Shown: in pieces, positions 37,078 through 49,655 of the stretch
How positions within the stretch are numbered: the stretch's first letter is position 1
How the letters are laid out: every line of letters begins with the position of its first letter
NCBI RefSeq assembly: GCF_006345805.1
Contig: NC_043011.1
Span: 33,802,464-33,866,463 of the forward strand
Source: Octopus sinensis
Lineage: Eukaryota
DNA: 64,000 nt
Reading direction: 5' to 3'
Translations under genes and position numbers: made by a program
Notes under the pieces: generated by a model
Databases searched by the model: none
Seen by the model: only the letters and a program-made list of their open reading frames with translations
What the model was told of the DNA's origin: nothing

Positions 37078-37619
37078 TTCTCCATTTTCTTATTTGCTAT
37101 ATAAATTAATGGTAAAATATCACTTTACCTTCACCCATTTAATACACTAGGTAATGTAATTGCAATGCAATAAAAAACACTTGTGTATTAATAACTGGGT
37201 ATTCTACCAACAGTATATTGGATAGATATTATCCTTTAGTGGGTTGGATTCACAACCCCTAACTTTCTTGGAGTTATATATATATATATGTATATATATG
37301 TATATATATATAGATAGATACCATGGACTCTCCCATCACTAGACAATGTATGAGGATTCAGCAATTTCTTGCCAAACAACCACACAGATGATTTGTGATC
37401 AAATGTTTGTGTACACATAAACTCAGTCCCTCCATCAAATCAACATTACCTGTACAGGTACACCGTGTGCTACATGTCAGATGATGAAATGATGTGTGTG
37501 TGTGTGTGTGCGTGCGTGTGTGTGTAGTTGTGTGTATGTCTTTGTACCTGTGTTTGCTCCCACCCCACTGCTTGACCCCCACAGATGCTGGTGTGTTTGT
37601 TAGGGGGTGGGGTACTACT

Positions 37620-38200
37620 AGATTTATATATCTTAGTTTCAGTCTTATCCTTTCTTCTCTTTAGTCTTAACTTCTACATGTTCCTCTTTCTCCTGCTTTT
37701 GTCCATGGCCACAATCTGATTATTTTAAAGCACAACTGCTCTCTCAGTTCACAAACACTCTAAATTTTATGCCGGTTAATATTGCATGTCTAAACTCATC
37801 TTCTCCAGTCTCCACAGATCTACCTCATATACTGTCCATGTCTCACTCCTCCTACGTAGCAAGCATTACATCTCACACACATGTTATATAAAACCAGATT
37901 TTCATGTAAAGACAGAAATGCTTTGTTGCTAACAGAGGCAATTACTTTTTCAGCATCTTCTTTTCATTCAAAGAAAGAAATTCTTTGTTGTTAACAACAA
38001 AGAATTCCTCTCTTTACAAGGAAAGAAGATTATGTAAAATGTATAAAGTAATGTAAGAAATATAAAATATGCGTAAGAGGCAAATATTTCCCCCACATTT
38101 TCCAAAGTTCTGACAATCTTATTTTCATCTTCTAGCCACCCATCACTGCTAATTACATCACCTAGGTAACAGGTACTATTAACTACATTTAATAAATGAG
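37620..38200 (-). mobile_element. Heavily decayed RTE LINE fragments
   Basis: Remnants of the CYLGDVISS.GG...IVR segment (38100-38180) and of the 3' RTE region (37620-37870), similar to the RTE copies at 48.2-49.7 kb and 56.3-56.8 kb. Confidence 0.45.
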
Positions 38201-39869
38201 TTGAGCAGCCTCTGGACTTCGTTTTATGGATGCTCTAACAGCTAATTACTTTTGTATATCTAATTAATTTAAAATGTTGTTACTTAATCAATGTGCTATA
38301 GATCCTACAGCATTCCTTTGTACACCGATTATTTGTGCTTAGGTCAAGAGGGTGGCGAATTTAAATTTGGCTAAACATGAATAAGTATTTCGATCTTGGT
38401 TTCACAGTTTGAATTCAGTCTAGTTAGTTCTCAATAAATTTTGGACTAGTTAAGATTCACACCATCAGAATTCAAACAGGTACAGCTGTGTGGTTAAGGA
38501 GCTTGTTTTGAAATCAGATGTTTTCTGGTTCAGTATCCTGGGTAAGTGCTTTCTACAATAGCCCCAGGCCAACCAATATTTTGTGAGTCAATTTGGAAGA
38601 CAAAAACTGTGAGGAAGCCCTACACTCATGGAGTGGTTGGCATTAGGAAGGGCATCCAGATGTAGAAACACCACCAGATCAGACTGGAGCCTATGCAACC
38701 TCTGGCTTCCCAGACCCCCGTCAAACCGTCCAAACGATGATGCTGATGATGATGATATATATATATATATATATATATATAGGCACCTGTGCCAGTGACA
38801 TGTAAAAGGCATCCATGCTGGTAACACATACAAGACACCCAGTACACTCTGAGGAGTGGGTAGCATTAGGAAGGGGATCCAACCATAGAAACCAAGCCAA
38901 AACAGAGTGGAGCCTGGTGCAGTTCTCCAGCTTACTACTTCCAGTCAAACCATCTAACCCATGCCAGCATAGACAATGGATGCTAAATAATGGTGATGAT
39001 GACAATGCGATATATATATATATATGCATGTGTCTGTGTGTGTCTTTGTGTTTGCTTTTGTTCCCCCACTATAACTTAACAACCAGTGTTGGTTTGTTTA
39101 CATCCCTACAACCTAGAAGCTTCAGCAAAAGAGACCAACAGGATAGATACCAGGCTTTAAAAAAATTTTTTAAAACATTCATACAGGGTGGGCATCGATT
39201 TGTTTGACAAAAACCCTCCAAGATGGTGCTCCAGCATGGCTGCAGTCAAATGACTGAAACAAGTAGGAGATAAAAAAATAAAAGATAGCAATTTCCTTTC
39301 TTTTTCTTTTCTATTGATTTTCTTTATTGTTTTCATTAGAGAATTTTATTAATACCAATTAAAACTATTGAAACTAATAATATTCAAGTAACAATAATAA
39401 AAAAAGACATTAAAAAGTGGAACTATAAAATCCAAGGAAAATAATGATTGCATTAGCAAGTACTAAATAGTGGGTGCAAAAATGTCCCAAAGTGGAATAA
39501 ATCAGTTTGAAAATGAATAGGAAATTTTTTTTAAATAAAATTAAAAATAACATACAAAAAACAAGAATTTATATTTTTTGGAGGTGAGCTGGCAGAATTG
39601 TTACTGCACCAGGCAAAATGCTTAGTAGCTTTTCATCTGTCTTTAAGTTCTGAGTTCAAATTTTGCCAAGGTCAGCTTTGCCTTTCATCCTTTTGGGGTC
39701 AACAAAATAAGTACCAGTTGAGCACAGAAGGCAATGTAATCAACTTAGTGCTCTCTCGAATTTGCTAGCTTTGTATCAAAATTTGAAACCAATATTTATG
39801 TGTTACTTGGCAAATAAGTTGGGTGGTGTTTTGAGGTCTAAATATTAAAAGGTAAGTTTATTTTATCTT

Positions 39870-40095
39870 TAATCCTTCAGCATTTAAACTGGCTATATCC
39901 AGCCCAAATCTTCAACTTGTCTTATGTTCAAACTGTCCAGATCCTACCTCTCACACATACTCTACAATCTCATTCTAAAATCATACCATTACATCATCAA
40001 AATCTTGAAGCTACAAGATAATGAATGATTAATACAAAATAATGTGAAAAAATAAGCATTATATTTAACAGAGTAATCTGAATGCTAAAGGGTTC
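39870..40095. mobile_element. Short DNA-type interspersed repeat with aaccctt(t/c)agcatt-like inverted ends
   Basis: ttaatccttcagcatttaaac ... ctgaatgctaaagggtt. Homologues at about 50190-50420 and, split, at 28425-28490 and 28750-28910. Confidence 0.6.
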
Positions 40096-40220
40096 AGTGA
40101 GGTTTCTAAAAGCTTCAAATTAATTTCCAAAACTTAGGACAGTTAAATGTAGAAGAGAGATCAGCCATTACTGACAACAAGTGGATTTGGTCGATGGAAA
40201 CTGAGAGAAGCTCTCGTTTG

Positions 40221-40267
<47 letters not shown>

Positions 40268-40409
40268 GTGTTAGGAAGGACATCCAGCCATGGAAGCCAT
40301 GCCAAATCAGACTGGAGTCTGATGCAGCCTTCCAGCTTGCCAGCCCTGGTCAAACTGTCCAACACATGCTAGTATGGACAATGGACGCTAAATGATGATG
40401 ATGATGATG

Positions 40410-40443
<34 letters not shown>

Positions 40444-40806
40444 AACAGGTGTGCATATACATATGTATGTGTGTGTGTGTGTGAATGCAATTATGTGTGT
40501 GTGTTTGCATTTCCTTGTCTTGTCATCATATGATTGTTGTAAATGAGTGTCACTATCATGCAAGCTATGTCATTCATTTCCAGTATTCTGTGAGAACATG
40601 TTTTGGCCATGGAGAAATATTACCATGCTTGGAAACAGGTGAGGATTGGTGACAGGAAGAGCATCCAGTCATAAACAATCTGCCACAAAAAACTCCATCT
40701 GACCCAAGCAAGCATGAAAAACATAACATAGATGTTAAAATGATGATGATGATGATGATGATAATTAAACTCTTCTTAAACATACATATATATATATATA
40801 ATATAT

Positions 40807-40837
<31 letters not shown>

Positions 40838-41995
40838 TTTATAGAACTGTTTCGGGACCTACATATATATATATATATATATATAAATTTTTTCCGTTAT
40901 TGTTTGGTTAGTCTAATCTTTAACCATCAATCAGTGCTTTATTCTTATATTAGAAATCAAAGTTCTGAGATGAAAACAGTGTAAAACAGAAATATTGTAA
41001 AATATGATAACTGATAAATTTAGTCCAGAAAATTTTAAAATCAAAACTATTATTATTATTATTTCATATATGCACAATAAATTAAACTGTTTGAAAGGAA
41101 AAATTCCTAATGTCAGGCAACAACAAGTAACCTTAGATGCCAAGAACCTTCCTGGGTATCCTAACTATCCCTAATAACACTGTTTTCTGGAGCTACACTA
41201 AACTAGGTTTTATGACTGTTTCCTTTATCCATCTGTTCAAAGCTTTAGGGATAATTCTTAATGCACCTATAACTCATCATTATTATTATTATTATTGAGT
41301 GAGAAAGCAGTGCATGCCATCAAAGTGACACTGGGGCTAAATATACGAAGCTCAGTATACCCATCATGACTACCCGTCTGATAAGGGTACACCAGGCACA
41401 TGCATCACTACCATATGTGTGTGACATGGTGATCTCATATCAAGATAAACTGCGCATAACCTGGCAAGTGGGGCCCAGTTAGAATTTTCTTCTGGTCGAG
41501 TAGCCCATCCTATTCAAAAGGTCCCTGAATAAGGATTAAGGATGTTGAACGAACCACCCATGTTTCCAAAGGTGAATTATCCAAACCTCTAAGAATTCCT
41601 TTCACACACAGCTATGATGCTCCCCCACTACTTCTGCTTGTGGTCAAAGATGCACATATTGTCAGCCACGAAGGGATACGGTCAACTGGTTATGGTCAAA
41701 CAACTGACAAGCAAATCTGTGGTATTGAGCAGAATATTTGCTGTAGTCCATCTTTTATACAAAAACAAAACAATGTACATTGTGGTATTGAGCAGAATAT
41801 TTGCTGTAGCCCATCTTTTATACCAAGACAAAACAATTATCATCATTATTGTTCTGAGTTCAAATTCATCAGATGTCAACTTTGTCTTTCATCCTTTTGG
41901 GGTCGATAAAATAAATACCAGTCTAGCACAGGGATTGATGTAATTGACTAATCCCTTCCTCCAAAATTGCAGCCCTTGTGCATTTAGTAGAAAGG

Positions 41996-42034
<39 letters not shown>

Positions 42035-43559
42035 GCTATTAACATGAGCCAAAAATTTAACCCTTTAGTTGAAATACACTGCCTTTGTTACAATTAATTT
42101 TTGTAATAAAGAAGAATTTAGTAAAAATAACTTGATCATTATTAAATAACTTGATCATTATATCTAGAATATAAAGTGACATCAAATTTTGATCAAAGGT
42201 TTCAATGTAGGTCACTTTAAATCAAGAAGTTTGTATAAGAAATGAGAGGATGGACTTTGGTAGGTTCATATACTAAAGTTAAACATATGAATTTGTCTAA
42301 AATAATGAGTAAAGAAAAGAATTCCTTAAATTTAGTGACAATGGCAAGTTCTATAACTATATTTTTGAAATGGGAAAATATTTATTCGCTGCATAAATTA
42401 TGTGATTTAAAAACGGCAACAAAAAAAAAATCAATGGTGATTGATATGTTAACAAAAAATAGGCTTTTATACAAAAAAAATCAATCATTTTTCCATAAAT
42501 GCTGTTGCTTTAAATTTTAAATATATTTATTTTATACATCAACAGCTATTGATTTTGGTTTCTAAGCCACAGATAGTTTCTGCAGTAAATAAATATTTTA
42601 TTTTCTTTCAGGTTTTCTCTTTTATGAGAATTTCTTACCAAAATGCCCGTAACTCATTTTAATTTGTGAACATGATACAGATTTATTCCAAATAAAGAAT
42701 CTTAAAGAAAAAACAACTTATAATAGTAGAGATTTATTGGTCTAACTTAATATCACCATCTAAATTTTGATTTATTTTTATATCTAACCTACATCCTTTG
42801 ATCTATAATTTATATCATGCTCTTTAGAATCTGTTTATTTTACAATTCATTTTAATGTATATATACATTTTTTTAATCTTAGACTAAACTATTCGTAGCC
42901 TCCACAACTATTTTTTTCTTCCATTGAGTATACATTAGACAGAACAATCTCAGTTTTAAAGGAATTTGAGTTTATCTTGTATCTTTTACTTGCTTCAGTC
43001 ATTGGACTGTGGCCATGCTGGGGCACCATCATGAAGGGTTTAGTCAAACAAATCAACCCCAGAACTTATTTTTAAAACCTGGCACTTATTCTATTGATGT
43101 CTTTTGCCAAACTGCTAAGTTAGGGATGTAAACAACCCAACACCAGCTGTCAAGTGGCCAGTGGGAGAAACACACACGCAAACACACACACATATGCACA
43201 TACATTCACATGTAAAAATGACAGACTTCTACATGGTGTCTGTCTACCAAATTCGCTCACAAAGTATTGGTTAGTGCAAGGCTATAGAAGACACCTCCCC
43301 AAGATGCCAAGCAGTGATATTGAACCCAAAGTCACATGGTTGCAAAGCTAGCTTCTTAACCACACAGCTATGCCTGCACTTTTTTTAAATAATATTAGAA
43401 AACAAAACAGAGAAAAGACCTACACTGGGTTGAATATCTGGACTAACTTGAACCCATTTGATACCAACCCACCTAAAGCAACCTCTAGATCAATGATATA
43501 AATTTCTTGTCTTCAAGTAATTTTAAGTTAAAATCTTTCATCAAAATTTCATTTTAATT

Positions 43560-45070
43560 TATGCTCCAAACACCAACCAAATTTATTTGCCTTATGCTTA
43601 TTATTATTTTCAAATTTATTTGCCTTTATTATGCTTATTAATACATTCAAATTTATTTGTCCTTATTATACTTATTATCATTTTCAAATTTATTTACCCT
43701 TCTTATGCTTATAATTACTTTCAAATTTATTTGCCTTTATTATGCTTATTAATACATTCAAACTTATTTGCCCTTATTATGCTTATTATCATTTTCAAAT
43801 TTATTTGCCCTAATTATACTTATTATTATTCTCAAATTTATTTGCCCTTCTTATGTATATACTTACTTTCAAATTTATTTGCCTTTATTATGCTTTGAAT
43901 ATATTCAAATTTATTTACCCTTATTATACCTATTATCATTTTCAAATTTATTTACCCCCATTATGCTTATTATTATTATGCTTATTATTATTATGCTTAA
44001 TATTATTATTTTCAAATTTATTTGCCCTCCTTAAGCTTATAAGTACTTTCAAATTTATTTGCCCTTATTATGCTTATTATTATTTTCAAATTTATTTGCT
44101 CATATGTTTATTGTTATTTTCAAATTTCTTTGCCCTTATTATGCTCATTATTATTTTTGAAATTTATTTGCCCTTATTATGCTTATTATTATTTTCAAAT
44201 TTATTTGCCCTTAGGCTTGTTAATATATTCAAATTTATTTGCCCTAATTTTGCTTATTATCATTTTCAAATTTATTTGCCCTTATTATGCATATTTTTAT
44301 TTTCAAATTTATTCTCCCTTATGCTTTTTATTATTTCCAAATTCATTTACCCTTATTATACCTATTATCATTTTCAAATTTATTTGCCTTAAATACGCTT
44401 ATTATCATTTTCAAATTTATTTGCCCTTATTATACTTATTATTACTTTCAAATTTATTTGCCTTCATTATGCTTAGTAGTATTTTTAAATTTATTTGCCC
44501 CTATTATGCTTATTATTTACAAATTTATTGGCCCTTTATCTTATTAATATCAAATTTATTTGCCCTTACTATGTTTATTATTATTTTCAAATTTATTTGC
44601 CTTTATTATGTTTATTAGCATTCTCAAATTTTTTTGCCCTTATGCGTATTATCATTTCCAAATTTATTTGTGCTTATTACATTTATTATTATTTTCAAAT
44701 CTATTTGCCCTTATTATGCTTAGTATTAATTTCAAATTCATTTGCCCTCATTATGCTTAATGGGATTTTCAAATTTATTTGCCCTTAGGCTTCTTAATAT
44801 ATTCAAATTTATTTGTCCTTATTATGCTTATCATTATTATTTTCAAATTTATTTGCCCAGATTATGCTTATTATGATTTTCAAATTTATCTACTCTCATT
44901 ATGCTTATTATTATTTTCAAATTTATTTGCCTTCATTATGCCTATTATCATTTTCAAATTTATTTGCCTTCATTATGCTTATTATTATTATTTTCAAATT
45001 TATTTGCCCTTATTACACTTATTATTATTTTCAAATTTATTTTCCCTTATTATGCTTATCATTATTTTCA
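43560..45070. repeat. AT-rich minisatellite, unit about 37 bp
   Basis: Consensus CAAATTTATTTGCCCTTATTATGCTTATTATTATTTT, about 40 diverged copies. Confidence 0.95.
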
Positions 45071-46414
45071 GAATAAATTGAATCAAAGGCTGCATATCTC
45101 AAGAGAAACATGGTAACAAAAGAATTAATATTTAGACATTCAACCACAGCTATATTTCAATTTTCTAACTTTTTACAGTGAAAGCAATACATATTTTTGC
45201 TGATCCTCCAACTTGTATGTCTACTGCAGCTTTAAATGCAGTATGGCTGCCTTAAACTGAAGAAACGCTCAGATGCTATTAAATTATATATATTTTGTCT
45301 CTACATGATTGAAAGGTGAAAGCTAATTTTGTGGTTAATGATAAAAGTTTGTTAATAGATTCCTAATACAACAATACTTATAGATGCAGATGTGGCAGTG
45401 TGGTAAGAAGTTTGCTTCCCAAACACATGCTTCCAGGTTCAGTTCCACTGCATGGCATCTTGAGCAAGTGTTTTTTTAATATAGTCTCAGGCTGACCAAA
45501 GAGAGTGGATTTGAATTTGGTAGATGGAAACTGAAAGAAGCCTATCATATGTCTGTGTTTTTGTGCATGTGTTTGTCCACCATCACCACCATTTGACAAC
45601 TGGTATTGGTATGTTTACATCCCCATAACTTAGCAGTCCAGCGAAATAAACCAATAGAATAAGTACCAGGTTTTACTAAAAAAATAATAAACACTAGGGT
45701 CAATTCTTTAAGGTGATGCCCCAGCATGACCACAGTCTAATAACTGAAACAAGTAAAAAATAATAGATATCATATCAAGACATGGCAACTGAGAACTGTG
45801 AGAAAATACACAAGGCATGATTGTATGGTAAGAAGTTTGCTTCCCAACCACATGGTTCCGGGTTCAGTCCCACTGTGTGGCACCTTGGGCAAATGTCTTC
45901 TACTATAGCTTCAAGCAAACCAAAACCTTGTGAATGGATTTGGCTGACAGAAACTCTAAGATCCCCATTGCCTGATTCCAAGGAAGGTAATATTTCTCGC
46001 ATGGCTAGCCATTTTTTTTATGGCAGACTGGAAATAAGCCACATGGTTTGTAATGATGGTGGAGCTTATTTACAAATATCACATGATGTCAAGACAAGAC
46101 TAAAAATCATAAACACAATTCCGCCTCCCCCCATACCCCTCATGCTATAAAACATTGCCTCTGAAAGCTCCAGCAAATCTACACCAGCATGGAAAAACAG
46201 ATGCAGTCAATAATGATGATGATGATGATGATGTATAATCATGTGGTGAATGCAGTGTTGTGACTAGAAAGAGAAAACTCAGAGAAGCAGTATGGTGAAA
46301 GCTCAGATTTGAATAAATAAATACTCTCTGATATGTAAACTTTTTGTCTCAATTTGTAATAACATTGGTGTATGTACATGTGTGTTTGTATGTATATGTT
46401 TGTGTGTGTATTTG

Positions 46415-46512
<98 letters not shown>

Positions 46513-47661
46513 CACATATATATATGTTTATGCATGTTTATATATATATAAACACAGATAAATATGCATATTAAGTGATCTTTAGATTTGAAATATTTTT
46601 GTAAGAGTGGAATAAAACAGGAAAAATTTTTTACAAAAATAAACATACCTAACAACATTTGAGTGTGTGTGTGTGCGTGTGTGTGTGTGTATGTGTGTGC
46701 ATGCATGTGTGTGTGTGTGTGTGCGTGTGTGTGGTTGCACAGGTTTGTGTACATGTACACATAGAAAAATGTTCGACTTCTAGTTAACAGCAGAATATGT
46801 AGGCGTTTTGTTGAGATGGTTTATAGCTATCATTTGAAAAGCCAGATTTATATTCAGGCATATTACATAAATAAAGAAATAATATGTTTTATTTTATTTT
46901 AACATAAAACAGTTTGCTGAAGTTCAATGAATAGAAAGAAAGAAAAATTTAACAAATGTTATTCCTAAAGATATGTCAAAAGGGAATCCAAAGACTCCAT
47001 TACTTGACTGGTACTTTATTTTATCGACCCTGGTGGGAATGAAAGGCAATGTTGATCCTAGTGGAATTTGAACTCAAAATGTAAAAGGCTGGAAGAAATA
47101 CTGATTTCAAATTTTGGCACAAGGCCAGCAATTTTGGTGGGGAAGGCGAAGTTGAGTGTATTGAGTCCCAATACTCAGCTGGTGCTTATTTCACTGACTC
47201 CAAATGGAGGAAAGGCAAAATCGATCTCGGCAGAATTTGAACTCAGAATGTAAAGACAGACAAAATATGGCTAAGGATCTAGTCTGGAATACTAATGATT
47301 CTGCCAGCTTGCCACCTTGACTGGAAGAAATATTGCAAACCATTAGACACAAGTCAACAGTTTTGAGGGGAAGGGGATTATCAATACCTTCAATGAACAG
47401 CAAAAGAACTGTCTTCTGTAGTAAATAGTAAATATACTAATTATATACTATTTATTTATTATTTTGTACTTTATTTAGTTTTAGGTAAATGTTTTATCAT
47501 ATCTTTAATTTTTTCTATATGGTATGATTTAATTACATCATCGTTGAATTGCTACATGGTGGTTCTTCTCTAATTTATATACATATATTATGTATTGTGA
47601 AATTTGATTTAGTATTACTAAATTGAATTTTTCCCTGTAAGTTTTGAATCATATTCCCTAA

Positions 47662-47703
<42 letters not shown>

Positions 47704-48002
47704 TATACATATAAATATGAATGTATAGTTCAGTATGTATGAATGCTTACTAATCTATTAAAAAATATAAAAAATAACATTAGCAAACTGGCATCATTAC
47801 ATTTTTTTTAAAGATTTTTTTGTTTACTTTCTTTTTTATTTTATATTTTTCTCAACTATTGCAAATCTAAGAAACAAATCTTTTATACCTATCTTAAAAG
47901 GATATCATTTTCTCTCAGAAAAATTATAAGCCAAACATAATATGGCTTTAAGATCAATGTACAATTAGCATTGGTAGGAGAACAAAAGGAAAACAATATA
48001 TA

Positions 48003-48060
<58 letters not shown>

Positions 48061-48229
48061 AGAGGGGAGGAGGGGAGAGAGATTACTCCAGCATGGCCAC
48101 AAATGATTGACTGAAAACCAATATTAGTATATTATTGTGCTTGAAAAAGTACAAATTCTTTTAGCTGTAACAGTGGCACAGAGGCAGTAGATTTTTTGGG
48201 GGAAGGGGAAGTTGATTACATTTTGACGA

Positions 48230-49655
48230 TGATGAATTTCAATATTTTAAATCCGGGTTTGCCCCTGTTAATGGGATTGGCCAAATCTACCTCACTCTTA
48301 TAGTAACCGCTCTCACACCATCTCTCCTGGTTTTGGGCATCCTCCGTCCTCAAGCCAACCGTCCCAATCTTCTCCTCTACATTTTCTTTGGTCAATCCTG
48401 CTTTCGCGATTCATTCACTTTAAACTCAAGCACTCTCCTCAGAACATGATCCTCATATTTCTTCAACACATATCCATACCACTGCACTCCATTCACCCTT
48501 GCCAGCTGTTCCACTGATTCCTCCAACCCCAGCATCCTCATCAAGTCCTCAACTTTCCTTTTATCCAATAGTTTCACACCATACATTGCTCTCGCCATTG
48601 CTCTCTCGGTCCTTCTCAAAACTGCTATTTCACTTTCCCTCAGACACCATATCTCACTCCCATACTGCATTACAGATCTCACACAACTCCAATAAACCCT
48701 TCCTTTCATCTTCAAGGAGAACCTTTTCCCATATAATCATGTTCCACATTCCCTGAACTTCATCCAGCCAAGTCTTGCTCTTGCTGTCACAGCTGCTTCA
48801 TATCTACACTATCTCCCAAATAGCAAACCCTCTCACTGTTTCTACCTCACCACATAGCATTTTCACTGGTTCCACCAGCTCTCCAGCTCCTTTCTCACAT
48901 CTTCCATGAATAACATCTCTAGACAGTCTTTGGGGTCACCTTCGTTTGTGTACATCTACCATGAATCCATTTCCCACATTTCATACACAACACCGCATTT
49001 ACCATACCCTCCTCCCACACACACCATTTAGATCTACCTTACTCACTAACACTTCACCTTCCTCCCCGCTCACCATCACCTTTGTTTTCCCAAGATTTAC
49101 CTTCAAACCCTTGCTTTCAAATGCCTCCTTCCATTTCCGAAACTTCTCCGTCAATCCCTCCATTGTCTCACTTATCAGAACAAGACCATCCGCATACAGT
49201 ATCTCCATTATCAATCCCTCTCTTGCACTGTCCATCACCACATCAACCACTATTGCAAACTACAACGGTGACAACACAGATCCCAGTTGCACGCCAACTT
49301 TCACCACAAATTCCTCTGACAGCTCTAAATCAAGTCTTTACCCTTAATACAAACTCATTACTGCCCTCACTATTACCTCTAGTACACCTCTCTTCCTCAA
49401 CGCTCACTTACTTGCTTTCCTTGGAACCCTATCAAATGCCTTCTCCAGATCGATGAAGGACATCTACAACTCTTCCTTATCTCGGTATTTCTCTTGCAAC
49501 TTCCTTACAATGAATACTGCATCTATTGTCTCCTTTCCTGGCATAAAACCAAATTGCATCACGTCCACATCCAGTATTTTCTGAATTCTCCTCTCCAACA
49601 CCCTTTCCACAATCTTCATTGCATGCTCCAATAACTTCATCCTCAAAACGATGAA
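48230..49655 (-). mobile_element. 5'-truncated, degraded RTE-clade LINE
   Basis: KLLEHAMKIVERVLERR, QFGFMPGKETIDAVFIVRKLQEKY, FIDLEKAFDRVP, LYADGLVLI, KVNLGKTKVM, CVRSVMQYGSEIW and VQWYGYVLK, spread over frameshifted ORFs. Confidence 0.9.

Noticed and set aside
37236-37420. WLFG-containing frame as a possible SH3 exon
   Set aside because: In-frame stops lie just upstream, splice sites are weak, and the ALYDY and GxFP motifs are absent.
43587-45116. Overlapping hydrophobic ORFs (FKFICP/FQIYLP repeats)
   Set aside because: All three plus-strand frames of an AT-rich minisatellite are open; this is a compositional artefact.
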